A stretch of 64,000 nt of DNA from Eledone cirrhosa. Its lineage: Eukaryota. The notes beneath the pieces were generated by a model. It saw nothing but the letters and a program-made list of their open reading frames with translations, ran no database searches and was not told where the DNA came from. The DNA lies in the NCBI GenBank assembly GCA_964016885.1, contig OZ024748.1, positions 58,404,001 through 58,468,000 of the forward strand, in the 5' to 3' direction. This document shows, piece after piece, positions 28,350 to 40,355 of the stretch (the first letter of the stretch is position 1; every line of letters begins with the position of its first letter). The position numbers and the translations under genes are program-made.

Positions 28350-28560
28350 TGAAAATTCATCGTTTGATGGTCTAGAATGTTGTGGTGTTTCCAAGAATAT
28401 AGCCCGTTTATCAAGATCTTTCTATCGCATGAATGATTTCCGAAAGGATCCAGTTAAATAGGATCCAATTAAATAGCATGTGAACTGCTCGAGGATTACC
28501 AAAGAAATCTAGGTTCCTCTGACTGTGTAGCTTGTTATTCTATCTTCTGGAAGGGTCTAT
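28350..28560 (-). pseudogene. Decayed N-terminal half of an F-type lectin-like domain
   Basis: tttccag|..QATQS..SSHAI*..FGNHSC..YSW; several stops and a 15-bp tandem duplication. Confidence 0.4.
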
Positions 28561-29029
28561 CTGGAAATTCGTTTAGCGAAAGCCTATCAAAATTTACATT
28601 TTACATTCCAAACTCGAAATTTCCTAGTAGATGTCTTAAGTGTTTATGCAATCGCAACGCAATTACTAACATAGAATATTTGAATTATATCCAAGAAGCT
28701 TTTTCAAGCAATGCTAAACGTTACTGAAAATTGTCATGTTTGTGAAGGAGAGAATCTCATTCGTTCCTATCCTTATTTGTTGTTTTTGTGCCCTTTCATT
28801 TAATTTCTAGCTTCAAGCTATATGAGGGTTAACAGAAAAGGTTTTCCTTGATAAAACCTATTAAAACACATGTATATTATTACAACAATATGACCCTCCC
28901 CAGGTATAACAATATCTGTATATATATATATATGTGTGTGTTTATGTATAAATATATGTGTATGCATATATATGTGTGTGTATATATATATATATATATA
29001 TAATGTGTGTGTGTGTATATATATATATG

Positions 29030-29087
<58 letters not shown>

Positions 29088-29088
<1 letters not shown>

Positions 29089-29300
29089 GAGGTGTGTCAG
29101 AAAAGTTCCAGGACTGATGTCACAAAAGATTTATTTCAAACCAAAACTTCACACTAAGAGTTTTCTCCTTCAAAGTCCACATCTTCAAAACGGGTCCCCT
29201 CCGGGTCGCACACGAAGATCCATGACTCCTCACCGGTGATGACTGTCCCTAGCAAGTCAGATTCGGTTTCAAGACGCTTGAGGATATCCTGGCACACTTG
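29088..29300. mobile_element. Mariner-like terminal fragment
   Basis: TA|CGAGGTGTGTCAGAAAAGTTCC resembles a mariner TIR. Confidence 0.45.
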
Positions 29301-29303
29301 CAT

Positions 29304-29800
29304 GCGAAATACGCCTAGGCAGTTCCCCCTCTCAACCAGACAATGACCCTATTCAGGCGTGTAATATATAGCTTACTGCTAGCAACCCCGCCAGTGGCAG
29401 TCAGCCGAAAGCTAGCGGGGTTGGCAGAGTATGAGTATCAATAGGTCTCAATACTACCCTAAATTAAGCATGGACAGTAGCATTGACCATCAACCTCTAA
29501 GAGAAAATATACTTAATTCTAGGTATTATGGTTTCACAGTGGAACTTTTGAATGAGAGTTGGAAATTAAAACTAAAAATTAAAAATCAAACATCAGTAAT
29601 CAAATATATCGAATAAGAGAAAGCGAAGTAGTTTCAGATGTTAAAGTCCTTTAATGATAATACTGTGATACATATTTCAATGACGACAGTGGTCACTCGG
29701 TTCGGTGCGCCAGTGCCGCCCCATCGTCAGACAGCTTGTTACCTAATAAGGTTATGTTTCCGAGGCAATCCAAATTGAGTCGACATGGGAACGGGCAAAG
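29304..29800 (-). mobile_element. Circularly permuted inverted copy of the ~600-nt HHR unit
   Basis: Its reverse complement equals 30552-30747 joined directly to 30009-30440. Confidence 0.85.
29662..29735 (-). ncRNA. Type I hammerhead ribozyme
   Basis: gctgt-CTGACGA-[stem II]-GAAA-tatgta-TC-acagt. Confidence 0.75.
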
Positions 29801-30157
29801 TACTGTAATTTACTGTACGGTACTATCATTCAGTATATAGATAATATATCTGTAACATCGATCCCCCGTTCAAAACTTCTTACTTAAACATCTCCCTACT
29901 TATTAGTTAGTATATGTGCATATATTTTTTTACTCATTTCAATCTGGATTCTCACTTGTAATTTTTTTTAATATTTGATTACAGATGTTTGATTTTTTTA
30001 ATTTTAAATATTTGATTACTGATGTTTGATTTTTAATGTCCAACTCTCATTCATAATTTCCACTGTGAAACCATAATACCTAGAATTAAGTATATTTTCT
30101 CTTAGAATTTGATGGTCAATTCTACTGTCCATGCTTAATTTAGGGTAGTATTGAGAC

Positions 30158-30291
30158 ATAGTTACGTCCCTTTACGATCTGAGTTCAAATCCCGCCGAGG
30201 TTGACTTTGCCTTTCATCCTTACGGGGTCGATAAAATAAAGTACCAGTAATGCACTGGGTAATTGCTGGCCTTGTGCCTAAAGTAGAAACA
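30158..30291 (+). mobile_element. 5'-truncated SINE with 11-bp TSD
   Basis: TSD agtattgagac at 30147-30157 and 30292-30302; empty site visible in the left copy. Confidence 0.95.
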
Positions 30292-30616
30292 AGTATTGAG
30301 ACCTATTGATACTCATACTCTGCCAACCCCGCTAGCTTTCGGCTGACTGCCACTGGCGACGTGGCTAGCAGTAAGCTATATATTACACGCCTGAATAGGG
30401 TCAATGTCTGGTTGAGAGGGGAACTGCCTAGCGAATTTCGTACAACTCTGCGGTAGTTGATGGTCAACTTCCTTCGGACCTGCGCCTACGCAGACCGGTG
30501 GGGGTGAATTGGTACTCACAAGGGAACGGGCGAAGAACCCAAGAGCACATGCTTTGTCCGTTCCAATGTCGACTCAATTTGGATTGCCTCGGAAACATAA
30601 CCTTATTATGTAACAA

Positions 30617-30690
30617 GCTGTCTGACGATGTCGCGGCACTGGCGCACGGAACCGAGTGGCCACTGTCGCCATTGAAATATGTATCACAGC
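30617..30690 (+). ncRNA. Type I hammerhead ribozyme
   Basis: gctgt-CTGACGA-[stem II]-GAAA-tatgta-TC-acagc; perfect 5-bp stem I, AUC triplet. Confidence 0.8.
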
Positions 30691-30817
30691 ATTATCATTA
30701 AAGGACTTTAGCATCTGAAACTACTTCGGTTTTTTTTATTCGCTATATACTCCGTCACTCTTATGTGGAATGATTACGTAGAGTGCTTGAATTGAATTGC
30801 ATCAATGTTTACCTTAA

Positions 30818-30857
<40 letters not shown>

Positions 30858-31737
30858 GTATATGTATGTATGTATGTGTGTGTATGTGCATAAAAAATTG
30901 TTTTGCATTAGTCAAATCTGAAAAAAATTTCGCTTATGTAAAATTTCAACCTGCGGCAATGAGAACAATTCTTTTTCAAAAGCAGCCAGTATTTTAACGG
31001 TCGGATTATTATTATCTCATATATTATTAAAACACAAATAGAATATTTACATTTTATTATTCTATCTCTTATTTAATAAATTCTTATATAAACAAAAAGA
31101 AATATATTCCAGTATACAGTCAAACTTGTTACAACTTTTCTTTTTCAAAAGAAAATTTAAACATTTCATATTTATGAATACCCTCCGGGTATTTAGCTGT
31201 ATTTACCTATTAGTACTAAGAAACTTATTATTTCATATACAGATTCTCTAAACCTCATTTGTAAAATAGTTTTCTGTTGAAATATTTTTTGTAAGATTTA
31301 GATTTCACAGAGAATAATACTTTCCGTTTTGAAATATTTCCAAACTGATTAGAGATTAAGGAAAACATTCGAAACTATTATTTGATTCATTAATAAGTAA
31401 TACGTGAGCATTTATCTCCTAGAAGGCAGCCAAATATCTTGTGTCTGACAGAAATGTAAGACCAGGAACAATATATAGTAGATATACAAATAGATATACA
31501 AATGATTTGATGCTGGTAGCTGTAACGCTGATCTACAAAGGACTCCTTGGTGGATTAAGGAAATTCGTATTCAGAACAGAAATTATCGCGATTAATTATG
31601 GAAATACATTTGGTCCGGTGTAACACACATCTGCCCAAATAACGCACATATATTGATTTCTATCACAGTATGGTTATATAATAACATATGCAAACAAAGA
31701 AGATAAATATTTAATGTAAATGTTAATTTTAATACCT

Positions 31738-31925
31738 GTGGCTCTTCCACCACGTCTCCCTTATCATCCTCCGAGGAAACGCCTTCTCTATTCCGGCTGC
31801 CGGGGCCACTGGGCTGCCAACGTGTGGGGCTCCATTTGCTCACAATAGTGAGAGATTGAGAGATCGACAGAGAGAGAGGCGGTGACAGTGGACGTTTGGT
31901 TATTTTGTGTTAGGACCTGGTGTAT
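31738..31925 (+). mobile_element. Second CRE-like 3' end fragment
   Basis: WLFHHVSLIILRGNAFSIPAAGA aligns with WLFQRVSLAVLRGNAFFILSAGA of the 26.7 kb copy. Confidence 0.75.
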
Positions 31926-32283
31926 ATATGTGTATATGTATATAATTGTTCAAATTCAACGAACAATGGAACATCTAGTGCTTAACGTTTGTAGGAATAT
32001 AACATACGTAGGATCTACCTACACAATCTCAGCCAAACGGTGAGCATCTATGTCAGACGTGAATAATATTTGGTACTCGGGTTCAATACTAAATGCATAA
32101 TAGCTTGTAAAGTTTCCCTGACTAGAAACATATTAAACTCTAGTTTGATACTTGACAGATATGTAATGTAAATTTCATTATGGATCATTCGTAACCTGAT
32201 TTCTATTTTAAAATAATAGATTGTGTTTGATTGAAAATCTGTTTCAGAATATTTTGAGTGGGACAATCTTTGCCAACATTATT

Positions 32284-32472
32284 GCGGTGAATTGGCAGTA
32301 TCGGTAGAGGGTTGGACGCCATGCTCTCTAGCATAGTTACGTCCCTTTACGGTTTGAGTTCAAATCCCGCCGAGGTTAACTTTGCCTTTCATCCTTACGG
32401 GGTCGATAAAATAAAGTACCAGTAATGTATTGGATAATTGCTGGCCTTGTGCCAAAAGTAGAAACAATTATT
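32284..32472 (+). mobile_element. SINE, full length
   Basis: A/B boxes, core, tail. Confidence 0.9.
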
Positions 32473-32747
32473 AATAAATGAAGGGAAAATAACCCATTGA
32501 TAAATAAACATAAAAGTGGAGAGATTATTTAGCAAATGAAATTTAGTTTGAGATCTATAAAAGGGTTAATTGAAGCTTGAGGTCTACTCAGTGATATATT
32601 ATTTCAAATAGAAAAAATCTTATCCATTATAGCTTGATCTAATATATAAGTACACAGTTTGTTCATTATCATAGTACCAAATGTCACACTCTCTCATAGG
32701 TTTAGAGCTTCGTTTTAGCATATACAATATATTGAGAATGATACTAG

Positions 32748-33100
32748 AATTGTTTCTACTTTTGGCACAAGGCCAGCAATTATCCCAGTGTATTACTGGT
32801 ACTTTATTTTATCGACCCCGTAAGGATGAAAGGCAAAGTTAACCTCGGCGGGATTTGAACTCAGATCATAAAGGGACGTAACGCTATGCTTCAAAGCATG
32901 GTGTCCGACTCTCTACCGATACTGCCAATCCAATAATTGTTTCTACTTTTGGCACAAGGCCAGTAATTACCCAGTGCGTTACTGGTACTTTATTTTATCG
33001 ACCCCGTAAGGATGAAAGGCAAAGTTTACCTCGGTGGGATTTGAACTCAGACGATAAAGGATTGTAACTCTATGCTGCAAAGCATGGTGTCCAACTCTCC
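32748..33100 (-). mobile_element. Tandem SINE dimer
   Basis: Two abutting copies, 32748-32931 and 32932-33100. Confidence 0.9.
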
Positions 33101-33512
33101 AATAATGACAGCAAATTGCAGCTACCATCGGCTACAGTCAAGATGTATTACATATTCAGCTTGATAGCTCATTCTATCACTCAGACTATCAATCTCTCTC
33201 TCACTGTTTCTCATTCTCTCTCTCATTTTATCTCTTCCATACGATCTCCATCTACTCCTCAGCCTATCTCTCACTTGCCAACATTTCATTCCAATTTCTT
33301 GTGTGTTTCAAATAGGTTTATATGTAGATAGCATATACAAAGAACTGAAAAGAATGTTTACAACATTGTTCTTGTTATTGAAGGTTAATGAGGGCATGCC
33401 TTCTGCTAATTGTTTTCATTACCTAAAGCATCTAATCCTCATGTATAGCAACAGGACATTAAGTTGCCTAAAATAAATATAATATAATCATGTCTATATT
33501 ATAATCATTATT

Positions 33513-33621
33513 CGAGGTTGACTTTGCCTTTCATCCTTACGGGGTCGATAAAAATAAAGTACCAGTAATGCACTGGTTAATTGCTGACCTTGTGCCTAAA
33601 GTAGAAACAATTATTATTATT
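33513..33621 (+). mobile_element. SINE 3' half
   Basis: Family match. Confidence 0.85.
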
Positions 33622-34481
33622 TATAAGTTCAGTTTCTGGCTATTAAATGATAAGTACTTCTAATAATACTCAGATTGATTTCCCTGGAAGTAAAATGAAC
33701 TAAAACATGTAAAATATGATAGGATTCTGTGATTTGTCAAGTAGTTCTAATAGACACCAAATAGTTTTCTTTTGTTATATACATTTTTAAGTACGTACTA
33801 TAATTCTGGTTTAAACGATTAATGTTCTACTTCTACGATCAAAAAACAAACTAATCGTATATTAATGTGTAAGCGGTTGAGTATCACACAGACATGTATG
33901 CATATAATTCCGATGTCGAATTAGCGTGACAGAAAATTAGGCAAGGCTCGTTATTTCAATTAGACAGAAGCTCACCGAGTCGCTTCTGAATTCATTGACA
34001 CGTGTTGTATCCACACCATATCATAGTAAAGAACACCTGAAAATTTACCACAATCTATTCTGGTACTTTATCATAGCGAGGCAAATTTCTCTATCTCTCG
34101 GATATGCTAACTCCATGGCTTAGTTTAATATCCATCATTCGACTAACAAATAAACTACGTATAACCCCATATTAATATGCTTATATATAATATGCTTATA
34201 TATAATGACCCCCATATTAATAAGCTTATATATAATAGGCATTTATCGATATGCGTGTGGATGTGCGCATACCTGCGTATTTATTTATCTGCATGTATGT
34301 ATGTATAAATGTCTGCATATATTTATGTATGCAAACACGCACTTATCTATGTGTACAAACATAAGTATGTATGCATGTATGTATTAATACATGTACATAT
34401 GTATATATGCCTGCGTGTATGTATGTGAGTGTGTATATATGCCTGCATGTATGTGAGTATGTATATATGTGAGTATATCTG

Positions 34482-34513
<32 letters not shown>

Positions 34514-34697
34514 TACATATATATATATACACATATATATATATACACACACACATATATATATACACACACACACATATATAAATATATATATATATGC
34601 ACACACATATATATATATATATACACACACATATATATATATATACACATATATATATACACATATATGTATATACACACACACATATATATATATA

Positions 34698-35283
34698 TGG
34701 TGGCTGCCAACTCGTTTTCGAGTACGGCCACTACTTTATATCCATGTAGGAGAACTCTTAGCAATGCACTGAACGAATGTGACTTTAGTCCAGCCAGCGA
34801 CTTGAATACTCTGGTACAAACACTACACCTGTGACAATTATTGACACAGTGCTAGGCCCATGGTACCATGTGACGACAAGTGCAGAGAGATCTCCAGATA
34901 TAAGGCAATGCCTGTGCCGTGAAGCTTTTATAGTGAGCAAAGGCACTGCACAAAACCAGTCCCACTCTCTTAACCAAGATGATAATTACCAAAAAGAAGA
35001 ACAAGTCAACATCATTGGATACCATCAGAGTTGCAGGTGTTATATCAGAGTTTTCCTTCTCCTAGAATTCTGCCTTGACAAAGGCTAAGGGGTCATCTCT
35101 CCCAGTGATTTTGTATGGCCATTGACTCTTAAGAGCTCCTTTGCCCTTTGACAGGTTTTGTTTTTAGTCCGGCAGGATGTCCAAAGTCACCCTCCTCACC
35201 AAGAAACCTTGGTGGGATTGCCAGTTTAGTCGCCAACGACCCGGCGATGAGACAGGTTGTACTGGGATACATGTTACCAGTAT
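34698..35283 (-). mobile_element. RTE-type LINE 5' region between microsatellites
   Basis: Minus strand ttagcctt..aaggca..ctaggagaaggaaaactctga, a motif I recognise from RTE 5' UTRs. Confidence 0.55.
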
Positions 35284-35391
35284 ACACATATATATACATA
35301 TATATATCTATACAAACACATATATTTATATATATATATGTATATATATACATATAAATATAAATATATACACACACACACGTATACACAG

Positions 35392-35427
<36 letters not shown>

Positions 35428-35437
35428 GCACACACAA

Positions 35438-35470
<33 letters not shown>

Positions 35471-35500
35471 CTCACACACACATATATATATATATACGCA

Positions 35501-35537
<37 letters not shown>

Positions 35538-36531
35538 GTGTGTCTGTGTGTATATATATATATATACATCTATGGATGCTTTATATATTTGTGCTCATAT
35601 CAAAAATATTCATTCATGATGCATCTGATATTTCTATTAAAAAGTTTATGAAATATATTATTCAGTTCAACCTCTCGAGATCTCTGGAACAAATAATATG
35701 TGCAAATCTAATTTACAAGTATATGTTTGACCATAATCGTATTTATAGCTCGAGATTTTCTATAATTGTAGTGGAAGTCGTAAAGTACCTGAAATATAAA
35801 ATAGAAGTCTCGGTTATTTCAATATAAAATTTGAATTAATATCATTTACATTATGACAATAAAACATCTGAAATGGCATAAATTTCCCTTTGCTATAAAT
35901 GTTACTAAACTGTGTATAATATTTATTGAATATATGCTAATGGTCCAATAGCAAATAGGATACTTTAATGTTATAACCAAGTTATGGAATTTTGATGGGA
36001 TAATTTTGAATAAAATCACTCTATACATATAATATTCATCGGCAAAAATGCTTTGACTGATGTGAGGAAGTAGTGCCGGACGTTAGAATTGGGAGTCTTA
36101 TCTAGTAAGTTAATTTGAGAACTAGAAAGATGATAAAATTATATAGAAAACTATGACATAGATAATTTATTTTTATATTGATTTCTCACGAGGCGTTTGG
36201 TCCTTATTGTTGTATGAATTCCACGTAGTTAATACTGGCGCTGCAGTCTCATTATAGAGATTTTACGAAACTATAATTTTGTTATAGATTATCTCGTATT
36301 CTGCATTGATGAGTTGATTACAATATATTTATCTTCAACTGAAGAGGACCAAAACACGCAATAAAAAGCGGCACAAACAATCCTCTATGACACCATACTG
36401 AGTAACTGCTTTACACGTGTCCATTGTGGGTATGATATTATAATTCTTGAAAAACCATTGAACATATATATTAGAAGAATATACCACGCCGCATGAGAAA
36501 ATTGATTTGTAGATATTGCAGCTATTTTTCA

Positions 36532-36915
36532 GGTGAATTGGCAGTATCGGTAGAGGCTCGGAACCATGCTATGCAGCAAAGAGTTACGTCCCTTTATGGT
36601 CTGAGTTCAAATCCCGCCATGGTTAATTTTGCCTTTCATCCTTACGGGGTCGATAAAATTAATTACCAGTAATACACTGCGTAATTTCTGTCATTGTGTC
36701 AAAAGTAGAAACAATTATTATCCGAAAAAAGGGCGGTGGATTGGCAGTATCGGTAGAGTGTCGGACGACATGCTTTGTAGCATAGTTACGCCACTTTACG
36801 ATCAAATTTCGTCGACGTAACTTTGCCTTTCTTCCTTACGGGGTCGATAAAATAAAGTACCAGTAATGTACTGTGTAATTGCTGGCCTTGTGCCAAAAGT
36901 AGAAACAATTATTAT
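36532..36915 (+). mobile_element. Tandem SINE pair
   Basis: 36532-36720 and 36731-36915, each followed by tc(c/t)gaaaaaag. Confidence 0.9.
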
Positions 36916-37899
36916 CTGAAAAAAGATAAGTTCAAGTATTTTTGTTTCTTAATATATTCCAGTATTCCATTATACTTTCTAAAATTAGTGTACAGCATTT
37001 TGCTTGTTTAGCCCTGCCTGAACTGAGGTCCGATTTTGGCCTCCCCTCTCTTGGAAATAAGATAGGCAACAGAGAATTTATTGACGCGAACACCATCATC
37101 TTTCCTTTTTGTAAATGTCTATTCTAAGATTGTTGGTTCACACAGGGTATCAGTACAGTAAATGTTTTAGAGTTTCTGAACAGATACTTCAATGTGACGA
37201 ATTTATTCATTTCACAACGAATCGACCTTGAAATTCATCATAGCCGGTTGCTAGAACATAAAGTTGTACCTAGTAAACGCCATCCATAAAACATTGTGTG
37301 GTGAGGGAAAATAAATCATTCTTCCTATTACGTTGATACTCTCTTTAGCAAAATGATGACTCCAGATAAACGTTTGAATTTCTTACATACAATATATTAA
37401 CTTTCCGGGATACGTAATTGTTTTTAGCATCTAAAGTGAGTTTCTGAAAATAGAAATTTGTAGCGATGTGATGCAACACAACTTTAAAAAACAAAGATGT
37501 AAGCGAAAGCATGTTTAGAAATATTTATTACTAACACAGGAGCCATCGATCAAATCCATCATCGACTTGACCGGAAGTTTAAAACGCAAAGATAGACTCA
37601 GTGGGATTTATATTTTGATCCTAAGTCAATATAACTAAATATCTTTTTCTGATACATCAACAGCTTAGTTTGAATGACATGCAACAATATTTATTCCCAG
37701 GCAGAACACACTACTAATTATTTCCCGTAGGCGTTCACAATAAAACAAAATCCAAATGCTACTCCAACGCTTTTCATGTCCTGATTTCTCGAACAGAATC
37801 TCGAACAATACATCCCAATGGTATTGTGCCGACGGTCTCTTTCACCAATCTAAAAAAGAACTATACCATGCCAACAATATCAACGTTTTCAATAAACAG

Positions 37900-38165
37900 G
37901 AATAGCAATTAAACATATCTGTTAACATAGTTACAAATGCTACCCTCAACACAGACATCATCATATAAACAGGCATTTCTCGTCAAGTTCACATATTATA
38001 CTACATTAACACCAACCAGAAGTTTACCTAACCGTCTGCAAATCTACGGTGCAACATGATGAAATACAGCGTTTACAATTCAACAGGCACAGCTTCTTCA
38101 AAATCATAAAACATTGTTCCGGCAATTAACCATAACTATATACACAAGTTTCGTCGACACAAGTC
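37900..38165 (-). pseudogene. Decayed Cys-rich EGF repeats
   Basis: TCVDETCVYSYG*LPEQC..LCLLNCKRCISSCC.. and DVCVEGSICNYVN. Confidence 0.5.
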
Positions 38166-40213
38166 TAAACATATTAAGGATAGTTCTGTACTTTAATAGA
38201 TCTTACTACTTGAGGAGATTTAATTTCATTTATTTTGCAAAGATAAAATGCGTAGTTGTTCCTGGTTGAATGTACATAGTTACGATAGATTTGCAGAATT
38301 GTGGCTATTGTATCTCTCATACGACTACCTTTTAACTCTACATCTAATTATACTGGGATTGCTCCACTTTTATCAAGAGTGATAATGTATTTCCAGGTAT
38401 CTGGAAATGTATTAAACGTATATACAACAGCTGAATATTGCTATGGTTTTAACTTAATTTCGAGGTATTATTGATTTCTAATTAAGGAAGTGTGGTTCAG
38501 CACAAAATGATACTTGTAGTTGAAGTGGTTAATTCTGTTGTTGTGTTTTGTTGTAATTGTTGTTGTTGCAAACAAATATATTTGTTTTTATCAATGAAGT
38601 ATTAAAAGCAAAATATTCCGGGTGCATTCACCCCTACAAATATCATATATAGTAAATTTTGAACATATACAACGCCAAATATATCTATATATATATTGAG
38701 CTGTTTTAATTTAATTTTCTATATACGTTTTATGTCGAGACATTTCTGAGAGAGTTAAGCAATTCGATTGTAGTTATAATCTAGAAAATGTCATTCATAT
38801 ATACATCATATCTCTCCCTTGATAATTGATAGATACCGCAGATAATACAGTTTATTTTGCTAACACTGTTTCTTCATTTCACGTAATCACATTGTGATTT
38901 ATAACTCAGTGTGGAAGGTCGGAAATGAAAATATATTTTATTCTCAAGATTCTAAAAGTAGCTTCTCTGAACTATATTGATTTTACAGGGGAATTTATTT
39001 TCTCGATGTGTCAGTGAAACCCAGCCTACATTCCCCCCCCCCCTCTCTCATTTCTCTTTAATGATGAATGTATACAAATGATAGTTAATAAAATAACCAC
39101 CTACTTGAAACAGCGCTGTATATATAACAATGAATTAAAAATCAATTCAATAATTTAAGAAGCCGCAATGTTAAAAGAGCAAACATGCAAAATTGATGTA
39201 TCTGAAAAGATCTATGCAAAAAAACATTGATTCGACGTAACAGAGAATAGTATTACAAAATAATAATAAAATGTATCAGAATAACATACGTCGCGACAAT
39301 AACACTAGCATTGTGCAATTATTTCTCTATATCTCTTTTTATTGTATACAATTACACAGACAACTATTATAATAATAATACTATATTTGTATCTTGCCAT
39401 TTCAGTTCTATTTCAAAATCAATATTGTTCTTTTTACAAAGTATTTCCGTAGATTATATTTCACTTTACAGAATATATATATATATATATTTGGGGAGGG
39501 TCATATTTGTGTAATATTGCCAGAATTAATAACAGAACACACTCACTGTTTGGTTGGTTTTCGCTTTTCGCTTCTGTGTCTTTTATATATATATATAAGA
39601 AACAGTTTATTGCAGCAAATATTCTAGCTTATGTATGTGTCCTCTCAATCTGTTGAGAATAGCTATAAGAACAGCAAATATAACTTATTGACGTTACAGT
39701 AGAATATGTCGTATTTCTGCTTGGTTAATCTGCCAAAAGGTACACCAAATAATATTCCTAAGCATTTCCATATCCAAGTGATTAATCGATGTTAGCAGAA
39801 GGACGGTCAAGTTAGAGTCAGCACGGCTCATGTACAGTGTAAAGAGTTAGGGGAAGAAATAGTTTTAATTGTGCGAGATCAGCTTCTCTTAAAAATTTCT
39901 GCTGCCCAGCTTCCGATAGAATTGTGTACTACATATTCCATCGCAAATTTGAATGATGACATTCTGATTCGGATTTAATTCAAGAATCATTGCTTCTTGT
40001 AATTGCAACGGTGATAATATATATATAATGTGTGTGTTCATTTTATTAAGGCTAAATATATTATCCTTTTATTTCAGTTTTGCGTATTCCTTTCTCTCAC
40101 ACGGAAATATATATGTATGTGTGTATGTGTGTGTGTGTATGTGTGTATGTGTGTGTGTCTGTATGTGTGTGTATGTGTGTGTGTGTGTGTGTGTAATTTC
40201 CCTAAAATGTTAC

Positions 40214-40355
40214 ATTGTCAGTTCTAAGTTGGGGAGAATAAATTCTATCCAAACTGCTGAATTACTATTTAAAGAATCGCAGATTAAATTCTGCTGAACT
40301 GTTTCTGTCCACTCAAAGACAACGACATTGGCACTGTACCTGTATACTGAATCAC
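40214..40355 (-). pseudogene. Exon-like remnant, lectin-like domain half
   Basis: tttcatcttag|GDSVYRYSANVVVFEWTETVQQNLICDSLNSNSAVWIEFILPNLELT; followed at ~39963 by cag|ECHHSN..CSTQ. Confidence 0.4.

Larger units (their letters stand above)
30009..30818 (+). mobile_element. ~600-nt non-coding HHR unit plus tail (candidate retrozyme/mini-PLE), interrupted by a SINE
   Basis: Multiple hairpins, HHR at 30617-30690, tail cactc..gagtgct, no credible ORF. Confidence 0.75.

Noticed and set aside
31736-31916. Apparent minus-strand exon with AG/GT ends
   Set aside because: All frames contain stops; the plus strand is a CRE 3' fragment
32284-32372. tRNA gene (A and B boxes)
   Set aside because: SINE head; no cloverleaf, and it continues into the SINE core
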